DNA from: Elusimicrobiota bacterium
GTDB taxonomy: Bacteria > Elusimicrobiota > Elusimicrobia > UBA1565
Reading direction: 5' to 3'
Length of the DNA stretch: 13,624 nucleotides
Assembly: GCA_043819795.1 (NCBI GenBank)
Contig: JBDREN010000194.1
Span: 1-13,624, forward strand
Below the pieces are notes generated by a model that saw only the letters and a list, made by a program, of their open reading frames with translations, ran no database searches and was not told the origin of the DNA. Made by a program: the position numbers and the translations under genes. Below, one piece after another: positions 6,540-13,624 of this stretch. The stretch's first letter is position 1. Every line of letters starts with the position of its first letter.

Positions 6540-8198
6540 TCAGGCGGACGCCTGCCGCGACCCCCGGCTTTCGCGCAACCTGCGCACCGCCGACCAGGCC
6601 TCGCTCATCATGAACAAGGCCAGCAAGAGCAGGACGATCCCCACCGAGCCGAGCAGGTACTTCCCCTGGGGGAAGAACTCGAACACCTGGTAGACGAGAG
6701 CCGCCAGAGTGGTGATAAGCATGAGAAGAGCGGGGTAGAGCGTGTACTTCGTCGGCTTGCCCTTGGCCAGCAAGGAGACGCTCGCCACGATCAGAGCCAG
6801 AGCCGCCACGAGCTGGTTGGAGGCCCCGAACATGGGCCAGATGTTTCGCCACGCGCCCAAGGATAGATAGGCCACGGGGATCATCAGGATGGCCGTGGAG
6901 AGGAACCTGTTCCTCATTCCGCCCCAGCCCAGGCCCTCGGCGAAGAGCTCCTCGGTGATGTAGCGGCCGACCCTCGTGGCCGTGTCCAAGGTGGTTATGA
7001 CGAAAGCGTTGAGCACGGTGATCGCGATCAAGGCGCCGTACTCGCCGAAGATGGGCTCGGTGATCCGGCTGAACCCCACGCCGAAGGCCACGATCCAGCC
7101 CTTCTCTTTCATGAGCTCCGGATACACGAGGCCGCCGCACTCCCCCCCGCCGCACACCCAGTAGAGCCCCGCCGAGACGCACAGGAGGGCCAGGATGGCC
7201 AAGGCCCCTTCCAGGATCATGGCCCCGAACCCGATGCGCTTGGCGTGGGCCTCCGATCCCAGCTGCTTGGACGTGGTGCCGCCGGAGATCAGGCAGTGAA
7301 ACCCGCTGACCGCGCCGCAGGCCACGATCACGAACATCATAGGCCACATGGGCATCTCGGACATCCTGGGGGCGATAAAGGCCGGCGCCTGCATCACCGG
7401 ATGCGAGAGCAAGAGCCCCAGGTACCCGGAGAATAAGCCGAAAAACAGGATGAATGTGGCCAGGTAGTCCCGAGGCTGAAGCAGGATGTGCACGGGCAGT
7501 ACCGAGGCCGCGTAGGAGTAGACCAGCAGGATCACGGTCCAGGTCCCGGCCGAGTCCGCCCCGAGACTCACGGGGAACCGGTGCCCGAGCAGGATGAGCC
7601 CGAAGAGCAGCCCGATGCCGACGAGCGTCGCCGCGATCTGGTTCACCCTCCAGCGGTACATCATCAGCCCCACCAGGACCGCCACGAGGATCAGCCCGAA
7701 AGTCGGCGCCGCGACCTCCGGCTTCTGCTCCAGGGTCTTGGCCCCGACCGCGGCGAAGACCGCGATGACGAGGGTGAGAGAGATCCAAAGGAACGAGGCC
7801 AGGATGATCTTGCTCCTATATCCCATGACCGACTCGGCCACGTCCGAGATGGACCTGCCTTTCTGCCGCAGGGAAAGCATGAGCGAGGCGAAATCATGCA
7901 CGGCCCCGATGAAGACGCTCCCCAGCACGATCCAGACGACGGCGGGCAGCCAGCCCCAGATGGCGCACGCGATCACCGGGCCGATGATGGGCCCGGCCCC
8001 GGCGATGCTGGCGAAATGGTGCCCGAAAAGCACGGTCCAGTGCCGGGCCGGGACGTAGTCCACCCCGTCCTCACGTTCGTGGGCCGGGGTCCTGCGCGAG
8101 GGGTCGGCGCCCCACAGCCTCTCCATGAGGCTCCCGTAGTACCGGTACCCGAGCCAGAGCCCGGCCAGTCCGACGGCCGCCACGACCAGCGAGTTCAT
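6540..8198 (-). CDS. cstA: Carbon starvation protein A (CstA) family transporter
   Basis: Polytopic membrane protein of 552 aa with DGVDYVP, GHHFASIAGAGPIIGP, GAVHDF, LLQPRDY, ACGAVSGFH, TTLDTATRVGRY and IWPMFGASNQL. Confidence 0.96.
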   Translation of the reverse strand: MNSLVVAAVGLAGLWLGYRYYGSLMERLWGADPSRRTPAHEREDGVDYVPARHWTVLFGHHFASIAGAGPIIGPVIACAIWGWLPAVVWIVLGSVFIGAVHDFASLMLSLRQKGRSISDVAESVMGYRSKIILASFLWISLTLVIAVFAAVGAKTLEQKPEVAAPTFGLILVAVLVGLMMYRWRVNQIAATLVGIGLLFGLILLGHRFPVSLGADSAGTWTVILLVYSYAASVLPVHILLQPRDYLATFILFFGLFSGYLGLLLSHPVMQAPAFIAPRMSEMPMWPMMFVIVACGAVSGFHCLISGGTTSKQLGSEAHAKRIGFGAMILEGALAILALLCVSAGLYWVCGGGECGGLVYPELMKEKGWIVAFGVGFSRITEPIFGEYGALIAITVLNAFVITTLDTATRVGRYITEELFAEGLGWGGMRNRFLSTAILMIPVAYLSLGAWRNIWPMFGASNQLVAALALIVASVSLLAKGKPTKYTLYPALLMLITTLAALVYQVFEFFPQGKYLLGSVGIVLLLLALFMMSEAWSAVRRLRESRGSRQASA

Positions 8199-10021
8199 GA
8201 CGTTCCCTTTTCGGGAGCCTGGGGACCGTTTCCGCCCGCTGGGGGCGCCGGCTGAAGAGGGTTCCTGCGCAGCCCCGCGCCCTGGGCGAACTTGAGCACC
8301 GCGAAGCTGGCCTCGGTCACCACGCGCTCCCAGTCGGCCTCGCCGCGCGAGATGCGGTCCAGGTCCTCCTCAAGCCGGGCGGTGTAGCTGAGGTCGATGA
8401 AGTTGCCGCTGAAATGCCGCACGAGGAAGTGGGTCACCGCGAGGCCCATCTTCGTGGCGTGGAGCTTGCGCTTGAGCTCCTCCACGTAGCCGCGCGCCAG
8501 GATGGTACGCATGATGCTGGCGTAGGTGGATGGCCGCCCGATGCCGTCGCGCTCGAGCTTCTTGATCAGAGAGGCCTGCGTGTAGCGCGGCGGGGGCTTG
8601 GTGGCCCGCTTGTGCGCGGCGAGGTCCAGCAAGCTCAGTACGTCGCCGGGCTCGAGCATCGGCAGCTCGGCGCCCGCGTCATCGTCTTCCTCGCCGTCCC
8701 CCTCCTTGGGCTTCTTGCCGCGCTTGGGCTTGGCTTCCTCGGTGGCGTCCTCGCCGGCCAGCCGGCGCCAGCCGTCGAACACCGTCACCTTGCCCTTGGC
8801 TTGGAACACGCCCATCGGCACCAGCGCTCCCTCGGCCGTCTTCCAGGCTTCCGGGGCGCAGGCCACATTGATGGTGGTGAGCTGGTCGCGGCCGGGCGCC
8901 ATCTGGCAGGCGATGAAGCGCTGCCAGATGAGCTTGTAAAGCTTTCCCTCGCTGCCGCCGCCCAGAGCGTCGGGCCCCGACTCGGGGCTCGTGGGACGGA
9001 TAGCCTCGTGCGCCTCCTGCGCGTTGGCCGCCTTGGTGGCGTGCACGATCGGCTTTTCGGGCAGGTAGGGTCCCGGGAAATCGCGCGCGATGAGCCGCCG
9101 CGCCGCCTCCAACGCCTCGGGCGCCAGCGCCGTCGAGTCGGTGCGGTGGTAGGTGATGCGGCCGTTGTCGAAGAGGCCCTGGAGAAGCTTCATGGTCGCG
9201 TCCGGGTTCAGTCCCAGGCGCACCGACGCGGCCTGCTGCACCGTCGCGGTCGTGAACGGCGGCGGGGCGTTGCGCGCGGCCTCGCGGCGCTCGCAGGAGA
9301 GCACCTTCCACGTGCGCCGCCTGCACCACTCCACGGTCTTCTCCGCGATCGCCGGGTCGGTCAGTCGCTGCGCCAGGGGATGCCCTTTCCATTCCACGAG
9401 CCGCGCCTTGAACGCCGGCGGCGAGCCGGGCCGCTCCAGCCTCGCAGCCAGAATGAAATAGTCCACGACGTCGAACTTGCCGATCTCGCGCTCGCGCTCC
9501 GCCACCAGGCGCAGCGCCACCGATTGCACGCGGCCGGCGCTCCTGGCCTGCTTGCCCACGCGCCTCAGCGTAGGGCTCACCAGCCAGCCCACCACGCGGT
9601 CGAGCACGCGCCGCGCCTGCTGGGCGTTGACCAGCCGCAGGTCGATGGCGCGCGGCTCGGCCATGGCCTTGCGGACCGCGGCCTTGGTGACCGAGTGGAA
9701 CACGACACGCCGGAAGGTCCGCTCGCCCAGCAGCTGGCTCACATGCCAGGCGATGGCCTCCCCCTCCCGGTCCGGGTCGGTGGCGAGGATGACCTCCTCC
9801 GCCTGCTTGGCCAGGTTGGATAGCTCGGCGACGGCCCGAGCTGAGCGCTCGATCGTCTTGTAGGTCGGCAGTACCTTGCCGTCCGTGAACGCCACGGCCA
9901 GATCCCCGGAGACCGGCAGGTCCCGCACATGGCCGAACGACGCGGCCACGCGATAGTCCGAGCCGAGGTATTCCCGGATTTTCTTGGCCTTGCTGGGTGA
10001 TTCGACGATGACGAGCTTCAT
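8195..10021 (-). CDS. topA: Type IA DNA topoisomerase (TopA-like core with no C-terminal zinc ribbons)
   Basis: TOPRIM motifs IVESPSK, GHVRDL and ATDPDREGEAI, plus SAGRVQS, catalytic Tyr in ITYHRTDS, AQEAHEAIRP and GIGRPSTY. 608 aa. Confidence 0.95.
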   Translation of the reverse strand: MKLVIVESPSKAKKIREYLGSDYRVAASFGHVRDLPVSGDLAVAFTDGKVLPTYKTIERSARAVAELSNLAKQAEEVILATDPDREGEAIAWHVSQLLGERTFRRVVFHSVTKAAVRKAMAEPRAIDLRLVNAQQARRVLDRVVGWLVSPTLRRVGKQARSAGRVQSVALRLVAEREREIGKFDVVDYFILAARLERPGSPPAFKARLVEWKGHPLAQRLTDPAIAEKTVEWCRRRTWKVLSCERREAARNAPPPFTTATVQQAASVRLGLNPDATMKLLQGLFDNGRITYHRTDSTALAPEALEAARRLIARDFPGPYLPEKPIVHATKAANAQEAHEAIRPTSPESGPDALGGGSEGKLYKLIWQRFIACQMAPGRDQLTTINVACAPEAWKTAEGALVPMGVFQAKGKVTVFDGWRRLAGEDATEEAKPKRGKKPKEGDGEEDDDAGAELPMLEPGDVLSLLDLAAHKRATKPPPRYTQASLIKKLERDGIGRPSTYASIMRTILARGYVEELKRKLHATKMGLAVTHFLVRHFSGNFIDLSYTARLEEDLDRISRGEADWERVVTEASFAVLKFAQGAGLRRNPLQPAPPAGGNGPQAPEKGTS

Positions 10022-11398
10022 TCAGATCTTGACGCGGAAATGGATGCTCTTACGCCGGGTCAGGTGCGTGAACCCGTATCGCGAGAGCGTCGAGCCCATG
10101 CCGCTGTCGTGCGCCCCCGTCCACGGCAGGGCCGGGTCCAGATAATCCGCCCGGTTCTGGTAGATCGTGCCGGCGTCGATATCCCGGGCCAGGCGCTCCG
10201 CGCGCTCCCGGTCCCGTATCCAGACCGAGGCGGTCAGGCCGTAGCGCGTGTCCCGCATGCAGGCCAGAGCCTGCTCGTCGCCCGTTACCTTCATGACGGG
10301 AAGGATGGGCCCGAAGCTCTCCTCCTGCATGACCTCGGCGTCGTTGGGGACGTCCGCCAGCAGCGTGGGCTCAAAGAAGTGTCCGGAGAAGCCCTCCGGC
10401 CGGCGTCCCCCGGCCAGCAAGCGCGCGCCCCGCCCGAGCGCGTCCTTGACCTGGCGCTCCAGGAGCTCCACCGCCCCGCCCGAGACCAGGGGGCCCATGG
10501 TCGTCTCCTCGGAGAGCGGGTCGCCGAGCTTGTAGCCGCCGATGAGGACGCGCGCTCGCTCCAAAAACTCGTCGTAGAGCTTCTCGTGCACGTACACCCT
10601 CTCGATCGAGCAGCAGGACTGGCCCGCGTTGTAGCAGGCGCCGTCCACCACGTTCGCCACCGTGAAGTCCAGGTCCGCGTCCTCCGCCACGTAGGCGGGA
10701 TCTTTTCCCCCGAGCTCGAGCCCCGCGTCGATCAGGCGCTCCGCCGCGTCATGATAGACGCTGCGCCCCCCGGACACCGAGCCCGTGAAGGCCACGTGCC
10801 CTGTGCGCCGGTCGCGGATGACCCGGCTCGTCATCTCATGGGTCAGGATGAGGTTCGTGACCAGGCCGGGCGGCTCGAGCTCCCCGAAGGCCTGCTCGAA
10901 GCGCTTGCCGCAAAGAGGGGTCTTGCCGCTATGCTTGAAGAGGACGACGTTTCCGGCCAAGAGCGCGGGCACCACCACGTTCACCGGGATGATGAGCGGA
11001 TAGTTCCACGCGGCGAGGTTGAATACGACCCCGAACGGGACATGGTCGATGCGCCGATGAAACCCGTCCTTGGCGGGAAGCTCGTCGGGGCGCAAGGCCT
11101 CCTCCGCGATGGAGAGCATGTGCTCGGCGCGCTCGAAGAACGTCCGCACCTCATTGCGGGCCTCGCGGATGGGCTTGCCCATCTGAAGAGTGACCTCGCG
11201 CGCGATGTCGTCGCCCACCCGGCGGAACTTCTCGAGGCCCAAGCGAACCTGCTCGCGTCTCTCCCCCAGAGGCAGCCGCCGCCACACCTGGAAGGTGCGG
11301 ACCGCGGAATCGAGCTTCTTGTCTATCCGCGCTTCGTCGTCGTAGGGAAGCTTGCAGACGACTTCTTGGTTGTAGGGGTTGACGACCTTCAGCTCCAT
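10022..11398 (-). CDS. NAD(P)+-dependent aldehyde dehydrogenase
   Basis: Motifs AWNYP, FTGSVSGG, LELGGKDP (catalytic Glu), NAGQSCCS (catalytic Cys), EESFGP and YGLTASVW. ATG 11398 has a GGAGG RBS (458 aa). Confidence 0.95.
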   Translation of the reverse strand: MELKVVNPYNQEVVCKLPYDDEARIDKKLDSAVRTFQVWRRLPLGERREQVRLGLEKFRRVGDDIAREVTLQMGKPIREARNEVRTFFERAEHMLSIAEEALRPDELPAKDGFHRRIDHVPFGVVFNLAAWNYPLIIPVNVVVPALLAGNVVLFKHSGKTPLCGKRFEQAFGELEPPGLVTNLILTHEMTSRVIRDRRTGHVAFTGSVSGGRSVYHDAAERLIDAGLELGGKDPAYVAEDADLDFTVANVVDGACYNAGQSCCSIERVYVHEKLYDEFLERARVLIGGYKLGDPLSEETTMGPLVSGGAVELLERQVKDALGRGARLLAGGRRPEGFSGHFFEPTLLADVPNDAEVMQEESFGPILPVMKVTGDEQALACMRDTRYGLTASVWIRDRERAERLARDIDAGTIYQNRADYLDPALPWTGAHDSGMGSTLSRYGFTHLTRRKSIHFRVKI

Positions 11399-11426
11399 GG
11401 GTCCCTCCCGCGCCGGCGGCTTCCCA

Positions 11427-11435
11427 ATTGTATCA
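11427..11435 (-). promoter_or_regulatory. Extended -10 promoter for the ALDH-topA-cstA run
   Basis: The minus strand reads TG-A-TACAAT about 28 nt upstream of the ALDH start. Confidence 0.45.
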
Positions 11436-11592
11436 AGACTGGCGGAAACTGAGGAACCGTCATCCCGCGAAAGCGGTCCATCGCCGGCGCCTGGAATGCC
11501 GGGCGCACCCGGAAAAGGCCCCCGCGGGCCGCGAACCAGAAACCTCCCGAGATTGACGCCGCTGAAATGAATAGGCAATCCCCGGATGCTAA

Positions 11593-12417
11593 ATGTTTGA
11601 TGGAAGCTCTTTCGTCACCTTACTAAGTCATGCGGAGGCGTTCCTTTTGAAGATCCGATACCTTAGTTGGCTGCTCTTGCTTGTATCCCTCGCGGTCCCG
11701 GCGGTCATCTTCCGCGGATGGTGGGCGGACCTGCGGGATTCGGGAATACCCGTGCCGGAGCGGTCGCCCGCGCGGACTAACGTCTTCGCCAAGATCCGCA
11801 CCCTGCCCAAAGTCGTTCCCCCGGCTCCCGTCCAGCCGCGCTCCGCGCCGATCGCGGCCGAGCTGGAAGACACGAAGGACGCGCCCGCGACATCCGCTCC
11901 GCGCGAAACGGCTCGGGCCGCGCACGAAAAGCCGCCATCACCGTCCGCTCCCGACTCGCGGGCTCCCCGGCCGGCCCGCGGCCCCTCCGCGAAGACGGAA
12001 CTCCCGCCGGCGGGCGAACCGCGTGAAGCACGGACGGCGGCGGGGCCGAGAGCGAAACCGATCCGATTCAGCCCCGGCACATCGCGCGACCCGATGCTGT
12101 CCACACACGACCGCAAGCTCATGGCCCTGCTGCGAGAGGAGAGACGCCGCGTCAGAGAGGAGCGAAAGAAGAAACTCCCGGAGGAACGCCGAAAGGATCC
12201 GGCAAAGACACGCATACGGCCAGCGAGAAGAGTGGATATCAAGAGGAAGCTCGAGGTGCAAGGCACTGTCGTGAGCAGGGTCGCAAGGTTGGCGATCATC
12301 AATGACGAGGCCTACCAGGAAGGAGATTCCGTCCTGGGCGCCACCATCCGCGAGATATCTTCCCGCCGCATAGTCCTCGAACACAAAGGCAAGACCATCG
12401 TCAAAAGGGTGAAGTAG
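11593..12417 (+). CDS. Bitopic membrane protein with a Pro-rich linker and a C-terminal GspB/PilP/GspC-HR-like beta domain (T2SS/type IV pilus accessory)
   Basis: N-terminal TM (LSWLLLLVSLAVPAVIF), a P/A/R-rich linker, an RDPM motif and C-terminal LEVQGTV...LAIINDEAYQEGDSVLGATIREISSRRIVLEHKG. Confidence 0.72.
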   Translation: MFDGSSFVTLLSHAEAFLLKIRYLSWLLLLVSLAVPAVIFRGWWADLRDSGIPVPERSPARTNVFAKIRTLPKVVPPAPVQPRSAPIAAELEDTKDAPATSAPRETARAAHEKPPSPSAPDSRAPRPARGPSAKTELPPAGEPREARTAAGPRAKPIRFSPGTSRDPMLSTHDRKLMALLREERRRVREERKKKLPEERRKDPAKTRIRPARRVDIKRKLEVQGTVVSRVARLAIINDEAYQEGDSVLGATIREISSRRIVLEHKGKTIVKRVK

Positions 12418-12667
12418 CACCCCGTCAAGGCGCCGCTCGAAGCGGTATAGCGATGTCCCGCATGCGGGCCATACGAGAGCCGCTTTCTGACAAGCCAGCC
12501 TGATTCGCTGACAAAAAATAAAACCCCTGATTCTAGCGGCCGAATTTCGGCATGTTTGTCAACGACCTGTCCGTGACAAATCCCCGGTTCTCTGTTATCA
12601 AATAGTGGCTGTACGGCTGGGCACTCTGTTTCCGCGACGGCCAAAGAACTCGAATCAAGGAGACGAC

Positions 12668-13462
12668 ATGAACAGACAATCCCTGACGATCCTCACGGCC
12701 GGACTGTTGACGTTGGGATTAACCGCTTCGGTCCAAGCCGCGCCCAAGAACGGTGTCCAGCCGAACGGACAGCCGTTCAACCAGATTCAGGAGCAGATTG
12801 ACACCATAGAATTGACGCCGGGACCCCAAGGCGATACCGGCCCGATGGGTCCGCAAGGCGACCAGGGCGACATCGGCCCGATAGGCCCGCAAGGAGAGAA
12901 AGGCGACACTGGCGAGCAAGGCATTCAAGGTCCGAAGGGAGACAAGGGTGACACGGGGCCAAAGGGCGACACGGGCGACATCGGCCCGACGGGTCCGCAG
13001 GGGCCTCAGGGTGATACGGGCCCGATGGGACCAGCCGGGACGGCCTCAGGTCTGATCATGTGGTCGGGCAGCTGCTCGCATGATGGACAAACACCTGGCT
13101 GGCTCAAGTATTGCGCTGATCGGGAGGATTTCAACACGGCTCAGGACTACCTGTCCGTGACTCCCGCAGGAACCTTCACCGTCCTTATTCCAGGGTATTA
13201 TCGGATCAACATGAAGTCCCTTTCCCTTAGCCATTCATACACAGCCGGTCACATCAAGGTGAATGGCACGGTCAGATGGGCCAACCATGAGAACTGCGAG
13301 GTAGGATGGATCAACAACAACATGGATCTCACTTGGCCCATGAACGTGGGGGATGTCTTCTTTTCTGATTATTATGCTGTTGACTCCAACGACTATAATT
13401 ATCGCTCCGGGGACCATGCATACAGCGTATTGCAGGTTTCATACGTCGGCCCTCTGGAATAG
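12668..13462 (+). CDS. Secreted collagen-like protein with a C-terminal C1q/TNF-like beta domain
   Basis: AAGGAG RBS at 12657-12662, a signal peptide ending in VQA, 25 Gly-X-Y triplets, and [13 protein letters not shown] resembling the C1q GxFTxxxPGxY motif. 264 aa. Confidence 0.88.
   Translation: MNRQSLTILTAGLLTLGLTASVQAAPKNGVQPNGQPFNQIQEQIDTIELTPGPQGDTGPMGPQGDQGDIGPIGPQGEKGDTGEQGIQGPKGDKGDTGPKGDTGDIGPTGPQGPQGDTGPMGPAGTASGLIMWSGSCSHDGQTPGWLKYCADREDFNTAQDYLSVTPAGTFTVLIPGYYRINMKSLSLSHSYTAGHIKVNGTVRWANHENCEVGWINNNMDLTWPMNVGDVFFSDYYAVDSNDYNYRSGDHAYSVLQVSYVGPLE
12821..13045 (+). repeat. Coding collagen repeat, 25 uninterrupted Gly-X-Y triplets
   Basis: [18 protein letters not shown] ... GPM GPA GTA, counted from the translation. 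Confidence 0.95.
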
Positions 13463-13491
13463 CTACGGCGTCAGGCATAGCTACGGCGTCA
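13459..13491 (+). repeat. 15-bp direct repeat overlapping the stop codon and containing the GGCGTCA core
   Basis: ATAGCTACGGCGTCA at 13459-13473 and 13477-13491 (18-nt period). Confidence 0.8.
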
Positions 13492-13624
13492 CTCATTAGA
13501 GGTCCCCGCGTCAATGGGCAATAGAATCCCAGCCCACAGGCCGTGGTTGTTCGCCATTACGCCTATTCTCTGCCGCTGTTGAAGGTGAATCCGCATCCGG
13601 GTTCTCTTTGATCTAGCGTCGGCA

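Noticed and set aside
8195..10021. Reverse gyrase, suggested by the ITYHRTDS motif
   Set aside because: There is no helicase-like domain; only the type IA core is present.
542..11452. Long antisense or alternate-frame ORFs (542-1375, 1572-2609, 3232-4053, 4233-5603, 6523-7788, 8414-9823, 10040-11452 and others)
   Set aside because: They are shadows of real genes in high-GC DNA, overlap better-supported CDSs and show no family motifs.

Overview
GC-rich bacterial chromosomal DNA from a probably diderm organism; some protein features suggest Elusimicrobiota, but that is only a guess. The recognisable genes are a TreT-type trehalose synthase (GT4), a Phd/YefM-RelE toxin-antitoxin pair with a TGTACA operator, and a tightly coupled minus-strand run of aldehyde dehydrogenase, a short type IA topoisomerase and CstA. 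The window also holds a GspB/PilP-like membrane protein, a secreted collagen plus C1q-like protein, several secreted hypothetical proteins and a truncated outer-membrane barrel gene. The main unexplained structure is a dispersed intergenic motif family, consensus about RGYGTCAG-N3-TYRA(C/G)TT, often followed by 9-nt periodic repeats. It occurs 7 times (58 degenerate, 536-556, 2598, 4102, 4198, 6385, 6459), plus core-only copies at 13467 and 13485. Copies usually lie just after stop codons, and they form inward-facing pairs that enclose a short spacer (6386-6458), the start of an ORF (4101-4199) or a gene fragment (58-556). No transposase or integrase is present in the window.
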